From IMG/VR virus record IMGVR_UViG_2671180568_000005: DNA of 39,356 nucleotides; one strand, written 5' to 3'. Source of the DNA: a virus (lineage: Duplodnaviria > Heunggongvirae > Uroviricota > Caudoviricetes). The notes under the pieces were generated by a model that was not told the DNA's origin, made no database searches, and was given only the letters and a program-made list of their open reading frames with translations. Position 1 is the first letter of the stretch; each line of letters opens with the position of its first letter. The position numbers and the translations under genes are program-made. Below, piece after piece: positions 24,289 to 34,159 of the stretch.

Positions 24289-24866
24289 GCGCAGAACTCA
24301 TGCGACTGCTGAGCAACATCATCCGCACCGGGATCATCTCTGAAGTTGATGAGAAGTCCTGGCGCGTGCGCGTTCGCAGCGGCGAACTGGAAACAGGCTG
24401 GTTGCGCTGGAACACCACGCGCGCGGGAGCCTTCAATGTGTGGCTGCCGCCATCACCAGGCGAACAGGTGGTAATTGCCTGCATTGGCGGCAACCCGGAA
24501 ACCGCCATGATAATTGGCAGCCTGTGGAGTGATGCCAGTCCGGCCCCCGGCAAAAGCCTGAAAGAAATCGTGGTCAGCGCGCCGGATGGCGCGGTGTTCC
24601 GCTACGACGCAGACGCTGGCGCACTGAGCGCCAGCGGCATGAAAACAGCCACCCTGCAGGCATCCGTCAGCGTGACACTGGATACGCCCGTCGTGGAATG
24701 CACAAACCTTCTGAGAACAGCGACGCTTGACGTCACAAAAGGGGGAAAGATGAGCGGCAATATCACGCACAGCGGCGGCAACTTCACCTCAAACGGCATC
24801 ACAGTGCATACGCATAAACACGGTGGCGTGAAAGGCGGCAGCGATTCGACAGGAGGCCCGCAGTGA
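24285..24866 (+). CDS. V: Baseplate central spike (P2 gpV-like)
   Basis: 193-aa ORF with a glycine-rich C-terminus, immediately upstream of W. Confidence 0.85.
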   Translation: MSAELMRLLSNIIRTGIISEVDEKSWRVRVRSGELETGWLRWNTTRAGAFNVWLPPSPGEQVVIACIGGNPETAMIIGSLWSDASPAPGKSLKEIVVSAPDGAVFRYDADAGALSASGMKTATLQASVSVTLDTPVVECTNLLRTATLDVTKGGKMSGNITHSGGNFTSNGITVHTHKHGGVKGGSDSTGGPQ

Positions 24867-25213
24867 CAACCCGCTACACAGGAATGAATCCGGACGGGAC
24901 GGGAAACCTGAATGATATGGAGCACCTGAAACAGTCAGCCAGGGACATCCTGACCACCCCGCTGACCAGCCGGGTTATGCGACGGGAATATGGCAGCCTT
25001 GTACCTGATTTGATTGACGAACCCATGAATAACACCACGCGTCTGCAATGCATGAGTGCTGCCGTGATTGCGCTGACACGATGGGAACCCCGCATTGCCC
25101 TGGACGCCATCGACGTTGTCTGGAAAGCGGGAGGCCGCGCCGGGGTGACGCTGTCGGGCACTGTCATGCAGACCATGCAGAATGTTGAGTTAACCATCAC
25201 GCTGAGGGAGTAA
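24863..25213 (+). CDS. W: Baseplate wedge protein (P2 gpW-like, gp25 fold)
   Basis: MTTRYTGMNPDG...SRVMRREYGSL...WEPRIAL matches gpW blocks. Confidence 0.85.
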   Translation: MTTRYTGMNPDGTGNLNDMEHLKQSARDILTTPLTSRVMRREYGSLVPDLIDEPMNNTTRLQCMSAAVIALTRWEPRIALDAIDVVWKAGGRAGVTLSGTVMQTMQNVELTITLRE

Positions 25214-25216
25214 ATC

Positions 25217-26113
25217 ATGCCTGCTGTTGACCTTTCCCAGTTACCGGAACCCGCCATCATCGCGAAGCCTGATTTTGAGGCAATTCTGGCTGACACAAAG
25301 GCCATGATGATTGCGTCCTATCCTGCCGAACAGCGTGAAGCCGTCTCCGCCGCGCTGGAGCTGGAATCGGAACCCCTGAACGTTATCGCCCAGACAACAG
25401 CGTTTCGTGAAATGCTGTTACGCCAGCGGGTCAATGAGGGTGCACGCGCCTGCATGTTAAGCCACAGCGCCGGGACAGACCTGGACAACCTCGCGGGCAA
25501 TATGAACACAAAGCGCCTGGTTATCACTCCGGCAACGGATACCACCGACGCGGTGATGGAAAGCGACACATCGCTGAGACTGCGGGCGCAACGGGCGTAT
25601 GACGGTCTGAGTGTTGCTGGCCCGTCAGGCGCATACGAGTATTTTGCACGCAGCGCCAGCGGTCTGGTACGCGACGCGCGAGCCATCAGCCCGTCTCCGG
25701 CCAACGTGACGGTTTCCATCCTGTCCACTGAAGGCGACGGCACAGCAACGGAGGCGTTGCTTAATACCGTTCGCGCCGTTCTGAATGCAGAGGATACCCG
25801 CCCGGTGGCCGACCGCCTGACCGTACAGAGCGCCAGAATCGTGACATGGCGGCTGAATGCAAAACTGTACTTTTACCCCGGCCCGGAATCCGAACCTATT
25901 CTGGCCGCGGCTGAATCGTCGTTCAGGAAGTGGCTGGCTGAGCAGGGGCTTATCGGTCAGGACGTGGCGTTGTCCGCCATTGCTGCCGCACTGCATGTGC
26001 ACGGTGTGCAACGCGTGGAGATAATCGAACCCACACAGAATATGGCCATCAGCGACATACAGGCGGCGCGCTGTGAGTCATTCACCATCAGCGAAGGTGG
26101 ACGCAATGAGTAA
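25217..26113 (+). CDS. J: Baseplate protein (P2 gpJ-like)
   Basis: 298 aa; position and size. Confidence 0.85.
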   Translation: MPAVDLSQLPEPAIIAKPDFEAILADTKAMMIASYPAEQREAVSAALELESEPLNVIAQTTAFREMLLRQRVNEGARACMLSHSAGTDLDNLAGNMNTKRLVITPATDTTDAVMESDTSLRLRAQRAYDGLSVAGPSGAYEYFARSASGLVRDARAISPSPANVTVSILSTEGDGTATEALLNTVRAVLNAEDTRPVADRLTVQSARIVTWRLNAKLYFYPGPESEPILAAAESSFRKWLAEQGLIGQDVALSAIAAALHVHGVQRVEIIEPTQNMAISDIQAARCESFTISEGGRNE

Positions 26114-26714
26114 TTCGTTGTTACCACCATCAGCCAGCAATTTCATGCGTTGTGCCGAAGCCGTCGGAACACGCATTACAGACATTCCGGTAGACCTCAA
26201 CACGCTGTGGTCGCCGGACACCTGCCCGGTGCATCTGCTGCCTTATCTCGCCTGGGCGTTTTCCGTTGACCGCTGGGATCGCAACTGGCCGGAAGAGACA
26301 AAGCGACAGGTGATTCGTGATGCATGGCTGATACACCGACACAAAGGGACCATCAGCGCACTGCGAAGAGCCGTGGAGCCTCTCGGCTACCTGATTGAAG
26401 TAAAGGAGTGGTGGCAACTCAACGAGGAGCCGGGAACATTTCGCATTGTTGTCGGAGTACTTGATCAGGGCATCACCGATGAAATGTATCAGGAACTTGA
26501 GCGCCTTATTGCGGATGCAAAACCAGTAAGTCGCCATCTGACGGGGCTGGCGATCAGCCTGAGTGTGAACGGAAAGATTTTCGTTGGTACGGGATGCTAT
26601 CACGGCGATGCCCTGACGGTTTATCCCTACACCCCGGAGTCCATTATTGTCGAAGGGGATTATTTCCCTGCCCCGGCCATTCATTTAATTGATAATCTGA
26701 GAGTAAACGCATGA
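26106..26714 (+). CDS. I: Baseplate/tail protein (P2 gpI-like)
   Basis: MSNSLLPP...LWSPDTCPVHLLPYLAWAFSVDRWD parallels gpI. Confidence 0.85.
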   Translation: MSNSLLPPSASNFMRCAEAVGTRITDIPVDLNTLWSPDTCPVHLLPYLAWAFSVDRWDRNWPEETKRQVIRDAWLIHRHKGTISALRRAVEPLGYLIEVKEWWQLNEEPGTFRIVVGVLDQGITDEMYQELERLIADAKPVSRHLTGLAISLSVNGKIFVGTGCYHGDALTVYPYTPESIIVEGDYFPAPAIHLIDNLRVNA

Positions 26715-28440
26715 CAGTGAAATACTACGCCATTCTGACTAATCAGGGCGCGGCACGACTGGCTAACGCGACGATGCTCGGCAGTAAGCTGAATCTGACG
26801 CGAATGGCCGTTGGTGATGCAAATGGTGTGTTACCAACACCAGACCCTGCACAAACAAAACTGATTAACCAGAAACGCATTGCACCGCTGAATCTTCTGA
26901 GTGTTGACCCTAACAATCAGAGCCAGATTATTGCGGAGCAAATCATCCCTGAAAGCGAGGGTGGATTCTGGATCCGTGAGATTGGTCTTTATGATGATAA
27001 AGGTGTACTCATTGCGGTGGCAAACTGCCCGGAAACGTACAAACCGCAGTTGCAGGAAGGCAGTGGACGCACCCAGACTATCCGCATGATTCTGGTTGTC
27101 ACGAACACCGAAGCCATCACGCTGAAAATCGACCCGTCTGTGGTTCTGGCAACCCGCAAATATGTGGATGATAAAATATCAGAGCACGAGCAGTCACGAC
27201 GTCACCCGGACGCCTCGCTGACCGCAAAAGGCTTTGTTCAACTTAGCAGTGCCACGGACAGTCAATCAGAAACTGAGGCTGCCACGCCGAAGGCTGTGAA
27301 AATCGCGTATGATCTGGCCCGGGGAAAATACACAGCCCAGGATGCAACAACGACCCGTAAAGGGATCGTACAACTGAGCAGCGCCACCAACAGCACCTCT
27401 GAAACGCTGGCCGCCACACCAAAAGCCGTCAAGGCTGCATACGACCTTGCAGCCGGCAAGGCGCCCGTCAGCCACACTCACCCGTGGAGTCAGATAACGG
27501 GAGTGCCTGCTGCCTCGCTGACGGCAAAAGGCACCGTACAACTGAGCAGTGCCATCAACAGCACGTCTGAAATACTGGCCGCCACACCGAAAGCGGTCAA
27601 GGCTGCATACGATCTGGCAGCCGGCAAGGCGCCCGTCAGCCACACTCACCCGTGGAGTCAGATAACGGGAGTGCCTGCTGCCTCGCTGACGGCAAAAGGC
27701 ACCGTACAACTGAGCAGTGCCATCAACAGCACGTCTGAAATACTGGCCGCCACACCGAAAGCGGTCAAGGCTGCATACGATCTGGCAAACGGAAAACAAC
27801 CGGCAGATGCCACGCTCACTGCTCTGGCAGGACTTGCCACTGCAGCAGATCGGTTGCCTTATTTTACCGGAGCAGACCGCGCAGCGCTGGCAACCCTTAC
27901 AGCTATTGGTCGCGCTATTATCGCTAAGGGCAGTATAAAAGATGTCCTCAATTACCTTGGTTTNNNNNNNNNNTTGGTTTGGGGGAAGGCTCTGCATTGC
28001 CTGTTGGTGTACCGGTTCCATGGCCCACCGCCACACCGCCAGCAGGCTGGTTACAGTGCAACGGAGCTACGTTCACCAAAGAACAATATCCTGTTCTGGC
28101 CAGAGTCTACCCGACCCTCCGTCTTCCCGATTTGCGCGGTGAGTTTATCCGTGGATGGGACGGTGGTCGCAAGGTTGATACCGGGCGTGCGCTACTTTCA
28201 TTTCAGGAAGGGACTATCGTATCCGGTTTTGATGATAATGATAACGGAGATATCAGTTCGCTCGGCTCTACACAATACGGATTTGGTGACGCTTTAACCT
28301 CTAATCAACTGGGGGTCTTAAATGGCAAAAAGTGGATATTTGATGCATCCTCTAAAGGTGCACAAAGATATGACTGGTGGGCTTATGTATCAGCTCGCCC
28401 CCGCAATATCGCATTTAACTATATCGTGAGGGCGGCGTGA
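26711..28440 (+). CDS. H: Tail fibre protein (gpH-like): constant part fused to a variable tip; reading frame apparently broken by the 10-N gap
   Basis: N-terminus MTVKYYAILTNQGAARLANA; repeated fibre motif TAKGxVQLSSA...TPKAVKAAYDLA; after the gap the frame 27979..28440 continues with GEGSALPVGVPVPWPTATPPAGW and ends NYIVRAA. Confidence 0.75.
27451..27786 (+). repeat. Perfect tandem duplication of a 168-bp (56-codon) unit inside the fibre gene
   Basis: 27451-27618 repeats at 27619-27786; two older diverged copies of the motif lie upstream. Confidence 0.85.
27964..27973. other. Scaffold gap (10 N) at the constant/variable fibre junction
   Basis: Run of n characters; ttggttt is present on both sides. 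Confidence 0.99.
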
Positions 28441-28446
28441 TACCGT

Positions 28447-29061
28447 TCAACTGGCAAGTGCCAGTGGTGCTTCCGGCCAGCTGATTTCAGGTGCCGTGCT
28501 GATATCCAGTGCGTTCAGCTCGTCGATATAATCCAGCACGGCGTTCAGTTTTGCCGTTTCTTCTGGTGTCAGACTGCGACCAGCACGCAGTTTGAGGTTG
28601 ATAAGATCGACGGACGCCATCGCCTGTTTCACCCGTTGCTGGCGTTGCTGTCTGGCAACCTCCAGTTCTGCGGTTCGCTGCCGTTCAGTATCGGTTACCC
28701 ACGCCTCACCGTTCCAGGTATCCCATGGCGTGGCTGGCTGTTTTGTGGTGGTGTCCGCCGGGTAATCACCCGGTTGGGTAATCAGAACGGGGTTACCGTT
28801 CTCCGTGCTGTATACCGTCTCGCCGCGGTGATCAGGCACATGCTCCCACCCGTTCAGCGTGGCAGTCCGGCAAACCACGTAACCCGAAATTGCCTCCGGC
28901 GGTGCATCGGCGCACGAATGTGCCGGAGTACCCACCCCAAGGGCGAGATACTCCACAGAGGATGAGGTGTATTCCCGGGTTTCCTCGTCATAGTGATATA
29001 CAGTGATATCGCCCGCTACAGTGGCGATACCGTTTTCATCCAGAACTGCAGTGTTACTCAT
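28447..29061 (-). CDS. Tail fibre assembly chaperone (Tfa/gpG/Mu U family)
   Basis: 204 aa with a C-terminal ...LDYIDELNALDISTAPEISWPEAP tail typical of Tfa proteins; adjacent to the alternative fibre tip. Confidence 0.75.
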   Translation of the reverse strand: MSNTAVLDENGIATVAGDITVYHYDEETREYTSSSVEYLALGVGTPAHSCADAPPEAISGYVVCRTATLNGWEHVPDHRGETVYSTENGNPVLITQPGDYPADTTTKQPATPWDTWNGEAWVTDTERQRTAELEVARQQRQQRVKQAMASVDLINLKLRAGRSLTPEETAKLNAVLDYIDELNALDISTAPEISWPEAPLALAS

Positions 29062-29630
29062 TAAACTGCCCTCACAATGTAATTAAGTGCAATGCTACGG
29101 GGTCTGACAGTGATACCCTTCGCATACCCGCTTCTGATAGAGGTCAGAATAGTAGCCTGCATACCATTGTCTGACATTGCTATGACAGGATCGCTGAATG
29201 TTGTCCCGTCCGGCATTTTAAAGCTGCCCTCACGAAGGTCTGTAATGGAATCTTCATTGTTGAATCCCATGCCGACTATCCCCGAGGTTCCCGTAGTGTC
29301 CTGGTTATAATAATCCAGCATTGCTGTTCTTAACAGCGTTGCCCCTTGTGCGGACAGCAACTTACGTCCTGTATCAACTTTGCGCCCGTCATCCCATCCA
29401 CGGATAAACTCACCGCGTAAATCGGGAAGACGGAGGGTCGGGTAGGCTCTGGCCAGAACAGGATATTGTTCTTTTGTAAAGGCGCGCCCGTCGCACTTTA
29501 ACCAGCCTGCTGGCGGTGTGGCGGTGGGCCACGGAACAGGCACACCAACGGGTAGCGCCGAGCCTTCTCCTAAACCAACGTTTTCGTTTTTATCCCTACC
29601 TATACCAACTCTGTATTTTTCACGAAACAA
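29061..29630 (-). CDS. Alternative tail-fibre C-terminal cassette, promoterless and on the opposite strand
   Basis: Shares GLGEGSALPVGVPVPWPTATPPAGWL and the C-terminal NYIVRA motif with the tip at 27979-28440; begins with TTG and has no independent ribosome-binding site. Confidence 0.7.
   Translation of the reverse strand: MFREKYRVGIGRDKNENVGLGEGSALPVGVPVPWPTATPPAGWLKCDGRAFTKEQYPVLARAYPTLRLPDLRGEFIRGWDDGRKVDTGRKLLSAQGATLLRTAMLDYYNQDTTGTSGIVGMGFNNEDSITDLREGSFKMPDGTTFSDPVIAMSDNGMQATILTSIRSGYAKGITVRPRSIALNYIVRAV
29565..29590. promoter_or_regulatory. Candidate right crossover site for the invertase (ttctcctaaaccaacgttttcgtttt), mirrored across the gap at about 27955-27990
   Basis: AAACC/GGTTT half-site pattern reminiscent of hix/gix/cix sites; position immediately upstream of the invertase gene. 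Confidence 0.35.
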
Positions 29631-29644
29631 AGAGGATGTTTTTT

Positions 29645-30244
29645 ATGCAAATTGGCTATATTCGTGTGTCAACAAACGACCAGAACACGGATTTACAACG
29701 CAATGCACTGAACTGCGCAGGATGTGAACTGATTTTTGAAGATAAAATCAGCGGAACGAAATCAACCAGACCGGGATTGAAAAAACTGCTCAGAACGCTA
29801 TCAGAAGGAGATACGCTGGTTGTCTGGAAGCTGGACAGACTGGGCAGAAGTATGAAACACCTGATCACGCTTATTGAGGAATTGCGGGAAAAAGGTGTTA
29901 ATTTCCGTAGTCTGACGGACAGCATTGACACGTCAACACCCATGGGGCGTTTCTTTTTTCACGTCATGGGGGCTTTAGCCGAAATGGAACGTGAATTAAT
30001 TGTAGAACGTACACTGGCTGGGCTGGCAGCAGCACGCGCACAAGGACGCATTGGCGGACGTCGCCCGAAGTTGACAAAAGAACAACACGAGCAAATAGCG
30101 AGGCTGATTAAAAACGGTCATGACAGGAAACAACTGGCGATCATTTACGACATCGGCATATCGACGATTTATCGTTATCACCCTGTAGGCGATATACAGG
30201 CTGAAGAAACAACCAGGCAGACTCAGGAAAATGAAAACCGCTAA
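29645..30244 (+). CDS. Serine DNA invertase of the Hin/Gin/Pin/Cin family
   Basis: MQIGYIRVSTNDQNTDLQRNAL...VVWKLDRLGRSMKHLI...GRFFFHVMGALAEMERELI with the catalytic Ser in YIRVST and a C-terminal HTH. Confidence 0.9.
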   Translation: MQIGYIRVSTNDQNTDLQRNALNCAGCELIFEDKISGTKSTRPGLKKLLRTLSEGDTLVVWKLDRLGRSMKHLITLIEELREKGVNFRSLTDSIDTSTPMGRFFFHVMGALAEMERELIVERTLAGLAAARAQGRIGGRRPKLTKEQHEQIARLIKNGHDRKQLAIIYDIGISTIYRYHPVGDIQAEETTRQTQENENR

Positions 30245-30263
30245 TCTGACCATTAGCGGTTTT
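30234..30263. terminator. Bidirectional terminator hairpin aaaaccgctaat-ctgacc-attagcggtttt between the convergent invertase and U genes
   Basis: 12-bp perfect stem flanked by A and T runs. Confidence 0.65.
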
Positions 30264-30270
30264 GCGTTAA

Positions 30271-30765
30271 TCAAAACAGCCCTTTAACAGAGCTGGCCGC
30301 GCTGTTGAGGGATGATGTGACCTTATCTTTGAAGCCGGACAGCATATCACTGAACGATGAGGATTGCAGACGCTCCCGCAAATCCTCATCACAGCGTTCA
30401 AGAGTCAGTGAAAATTCTATCTTTTTCGCCTTACCATAGCGATCAAACTCGGAACGGGTCGTATTCGTTTCAGTCAGTACATACATGCCGTAAATCTGCC
30501 CGACACCATCAATCAGAGGCCAGGGGCGTCCTGTATATGCCTGCGTGGTCAGCAACGAAAGCGACACTTCGCCACCTGTAATTTCAGGATAAAGCACGCC
30601 GGAAAGCACGATGCGATCATCACCTGCACCGATATACTGCCAGCTTGCTGAGCGGTTTACGCGCTCATTTTTCACATGCCGCCAGCTTTTGTTTTGCTGT
30701 AACTGCTGATGCGGCAATGTGCGCAGCTCAAAAACAAACATGCCGTAGATCATCATCATGGCCAT
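30271..30765 (-). CDS. U: Tail protein (P2 gpU-like)
   Basis: FVFELRTLPHQQLQQNKSWRH...RIVLSGVLYPEITGG parallels gpU. Confidence 0.8.
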   Translation of the reverse strand: MAMMMIYGMFVFELRTLPHQQLQQNKSWRHVKNERVNRSASWQYIGAGDDRIVLSGVLYPEITGGEVSLSLLTTQAYTGRPWPLIDGVGQIYGMYVLTETNTTRSEFDRYGKAKKIEFSLTLERCDEDLRERLQSSSFSDMLSGFKDKVTSSLNSAASSVKGLF

Positions 30766-30771
30766 GACTCC

Positions 30772-33588
30772 TCAATCTTTATCGTAAAAACTGCCACGCC
30801 CGGCACGGGCACGCCGTTCCATTTCTGCCCTGACCATTTCACCGACCAGTTTCGCCAGTTCGCGGGGATTCTGCGTAACAACGTTATGCAGATGAACATG
30901 AATTTCACCACCAAATCCGGAGGCAACAGGCTCCCGGTTACGGGAAGTTACAGGAACTGATGCCACTGGAGATCGTATGGCCTCCGCCACCGGGCGGGAG
31001 CTGGCCGCAACAACAGGGACCAGCGCCGGAGGCAGCGGAGCCGGGACCACGGGAGTGATATTCATTGCGGGGGCAGGCTTACTGACCTGTGCAATCTTCC
31101 GCTCCTGCCACTCCCCACGAACAGCAAGTGCGCGGGGCAGGTTCTTAAAGACAATATCGCCGGGGCCAATACGTTTTTTTGTCTCATCAACCAGCTTACC
31201 TGTGTTATCAGCAATTTTGCTGAGTCTGCGCAGCGTACCGGTATTGCTGTCTGTGAGCGGTTTGTTGTCTTTGGGTTTATCACCTCCGGTGCCATTGCCA
31301 TTTTCCACAGGCTTCGGCGGATTGATTTTCGCCAGGTCCCCCTGAAGTAAGGCAACCTTGTCCTGAAGAATGGCCGCACGCTGTGCGTCTTCGATTTTCT
31401 TGCGCGCCCTTTCCGCTTCATCCGGAAGGACGCCAAGTTTTTCAAGTATCCACGCCAGCGTATCCAGCAACATTTTTGCAGGCGTCAGAACAAGTTGTAA
31501 CGCACCGCCAAGAACGTTACCGAATATCTCGCCAGCACTGGTACATTTATCCAGCGTTTCCTTGCTGGATTCCATCGGTGACAGCAGCGATTTAAACCAG
31601 TTAAACACCTGGCTGATCCCGCTTCCGATTGCGTCAAAAACAGGACCAAACCGTTCAAAGGTTTCGCGCAACGGGTTCAGCCTTTCCATAATCCCGTTGA
31701 ACACCCCGGCATAAAACGCCTTAATGGGTTCCCAGTATTTCCAGATGAGAACCGCCGCAGCCACAAACGCAGCAGCAATCAATCCGACCGGACTGAACAG
31801 CGCCCCGATAGCGCCTCCCAGCAAAGAAACGGAACCCGTCACCATTCCCCACAGCGCAGGCAACACCCTGACGACATTCATTGACCGGGTAAGAATGTCA
31901 AAACCAAGACGCAGGGTGGCCAGCTTCCCGTAAAGCACCCCAATAACCAGCGACAACGAGCCAATCGTTGCAGTCATTGCCAGCAACGCACCGCCTGCTA
32001 TCAGTAGCTGGCGCGTCAGTACCGGATGGGCCTGCGCCAGCGAGGTGACTTTTTCAAGCACCCGCGTGAGCCACTGCGTGACAGAACGCAGCGGACCGTC
32101 AACCAGATCACTGATGCGAATACGAAGACCTTCCCATGCGCTGTCGAGATTTTTCAGGTCCCCATCAAGATTATCGGCCATTACTTTTGCAACGCGATCG
32201 GACTCTCCCCTTGCCCCCTGCAATTCTCTGGTCAGTTTTTGCAGCTCTCCTGAACCAGCCGCCGCAACAAGCGTCTGCAAACCAACGAACGCCTCTTCTC
32301 CGGCGATGTCCTTGAAGAAGGAGACCTGGTCCACCTGTCCGTATTTTTGTGTCGCCTTATAGAGATCAAGCAGCACATCCTCCATCGGGCGCATTTTGCC
32401 TCTGGCGTCAGCAACTGACACCCCCAGCTCTTTCAGTGCATCAGCCGCAGCTTTTGGCGGTGATGCAAGGCGGGACAGACTTGCGCGCATGGCCGTACCA
32501 GCATCGCTTCCGCGAAGACCATTATTGGCAAGCATCCCGGCCATGGCTGCCGCTTCTTCAAGACTGATACCAAGTTTTGCGGCAACCGGACCGGTATACT
32601 TCATGGTTTCGCCCAGCGCGCGTAAATCAGTATTGGTCCGGGTGAATGCCGCTGTCAGCGTATCGCCAACCCGGTCCATTTGATCGGCTGTCAGGTTGAA
32701 CTGTGTGAGGATATTGGAGCCTATATCCGCCGTCTCGCCGAGTTCGACGCCACCTGCCAGCGCCATATTAAGAACACCGGGCAATGCGGCCTGAATGGCC
32801 TGCGGAGTAAAACCAGCCATTGCCAGAAAGCTCTGTCCACTGGCGGCATCACTCGCAGTAAACTGTGTTTCAGAGCCAAGTTTTAACGCCTGCTCACGCA
32901 GCGCCTTAAACTGCGGGCTGTTTTTGTCGATTCGCGTCAGTGCCTGAACGCGGGACATCTCTTTCCCGAACCCGATCGCAGGCTGCAAAAAACGCCCGGC
33001 AGCATAGCCGCCAGCCGCTGCCGCACCAATTGTCAGCGCACCACCTGTTTTCAGTTTTCCCGCGGTTTCCTGCGCGCGCGAATACCGCTCACGCGCCCGC
33101 GTTACACGCGCAAGCGCCTGCCGTTCGCGTTCAAGCTGGTTGTTGTACTGTTCGGTGCGTCTGATGGCCTGCTGGATGGTGTTATCGCTGCCTGTCAGGG
33201 AAATGCCGTGGCGTTTCAGCTCTCCGCCAAGTTCCCGCATTTTCTGAATTTCCCGTGTGCGCGATTCATTCAGGCGTTCAAGCCGGGTGCTTAACTGCTG
33301 CATCAGCTTTTGTTGTTTTTCGCTGAGCACTGTACCCGTGCGTTGTAACTGATTAAGGGCGTTAAGCTGGCGTCGTGCTTTCACGATGCCCGCATCCGCT
33401 TTACTGACAGCGTCACGGGCGCGCTCAAATGAACGCGCCTGACGCTCGAGATTTTTGATCGCCCCCTGCGTTCGCTGGATGGAGTCACCAAACTGCCCCA
33501 TCAGGCGGCGGGCGTTTTCGGCAGGCCGGGTCAGCCTGTCAACGGCGCTGAAAGCGACCCGGATATCAAGAGTCTTCATTGTCTGCAT
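30772..33588 (-). CDS. T: Tail tape measure protein (P2 gpT-like)
   Basis: 938 aa, coiled-coil and Gly/Ala-rich transmembrane-like middle; position between E and U. Confidence 0.85.
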   Translation of the reverse strand: MQTMKTLDIRVAFSAVDRLTRPAENARRLMGQFGDSIQRTQGAIKNLERQARSFERARDAVSKADAGIVKARRQLNALNQLQRTGTVLSEKQQKLMQQLSTRLERLNESRTREIQKMRELGGELKRHGISLTGSDNTIQQAIRRTEQYNNQLERERQALARVTRARERYSRAQETAGKLKTGGALTIGAAAAGGYAAGRFLQPAIGFGKEMSRVQALTRIDKNSPQFKALREQALKLGSETQFTASDAASGQSFLAMAGFTPQAIQAALPGVLNMALAGGVELGETADIGSNILTQFNLTADQMDRVGDTLTAAFTRTNTDLRALGETMKYTGPVAAKLGISLEEAAAMAGMLANNGLRGSDAGTAMRASLSRLASPPKAAADALKELGVSVADARGKMRPMEDVLLDLYKATQKYGQVDQVSFFKDIAGEEAFVGLQTLVAAAGSGELQKLTRELQGARGESDRVAKVMADNLDGDLKNLDSAWEGLRIRISDLVDGPLRSVTQWLTRVLEKVTSLAQAHPVLTRQLLIAGGALLAMTATIGSLSLVIGVLYGKLATLRLGFDILTRSMNVVRVLPALWGMVTGSVSLLGGAIGALFSPVGLIAAAFVAAAVLIWKYWEPIKAFYAGVFNGIMERLNPLRETFERFGPVFDAIGSGISQVFNWFKSLLSPMESSKETLDKCTSAGEIFGNVLGGALQLVLTPAKMLLDTLAWILEKLGVLPDEAERARKKIEDAQRAAILQDKVALLQGDLAKINPPKPVENGNGTGGDKPKDNKPLTDSNTGTLRRLSKIADNTGKLVDETKKRIGPGDIVFKNLPRALAVRGEWQERKIAQVSKPAPAMNITPVVPAPLPPALVPVVAASSRPVAEAIRSPVASVPVTSRNREPVASGFGGEIHVHLHNVVTQNPRELAKLVGEMVRAEMERRARAGRGSFYDKD

Positions 33589-34104
33589 TCCCGCTGCGAA
33601 GTGCCGCCCGCTCGCGCCAGCTAACCACTTCGCCGGGCGTCATCATGAAGATTTCGGCGGGCGACCAGTTAAAAATGGCGGCAATATCCGCCACCAGATC
33701 TTCGATGTGCTCAAAGCACACCAGGGTGATTACGCTGCCGTCTCCTGCACGCTCTTCGCGCCAGAGTCTGGCTCGCTCATAAAATTTACAGCCACAGCGC
33801 ACAACTGAATAAAATCGCGTGACGACATTTTTTTAATCATCACTTCATCCAGTCGTGGCGAGGTCACGCGAGGCAACAGCGTGAACATGGTATCCGCTTT
33901 CAGATTCAGCACATCAGACAGCGACAGACCACGCAGGGATCCCGCCTGCTCAATAGCCCCGGTGATCTCCACATATGTGATTTTTTCGCCACCACGCTCA
34001 ATTGGCCGGGAAAGTTTTACACCACGTTCGACAGCCATATCCTCACCTGCCGTCACATCATCCGCTACGGTGTTATTCCGGGTTTCAGTATCGATATCTT
34101 TCAT
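33566..34104 (-). CDS. Tail assembly chaperone E+E' made by programmed -1 frameshift at AAATTTT (33781-33787)
   Basis: The E frame (33730..34104) and the overlapping -1 frame (33566..33802) meet at a canonical X_XXY_YYZ heptamer; arrangement as in P2 E/E'. Confidence 0.6.
33730..34104 (-). CDS. E: Tail assembly chaperone (P2 gpE-like), zero-frame product
   Basis: 124-aa ORF directly upstream of the tape measure gene. Confidence 0.75.
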   Translation of the reverse strand: MKDIDTETRNNTVADDVTAGEDMAVERGVKLSRPIERGGEKITYVEITGAIEQAGSLRGLSLSDVLNLKADTMFTLLPRVTSPRLDEVMIKKMSSRDFIQLCAVAVNFMSEPDSGAKSVQETAA

Positions 34105-34159
34105 CAGTTGTCTCCTTTTCAGTCAGAGGCGACGCACTGCGCCGCCTGCATATTACTTA

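Noticed and set aside
27266-28036. 256-aa minus-strand ORF with internal repeats
   Set aside because: Antisense shadow of the tail-fibre tandem repeats; it also reads through the N gap.
30977-33164. Several 70-120-aa plus-strand ORFs
   Set aside because: All lie antisense within the tape measure gene, with Ala/Ser/Arg-rich translations.
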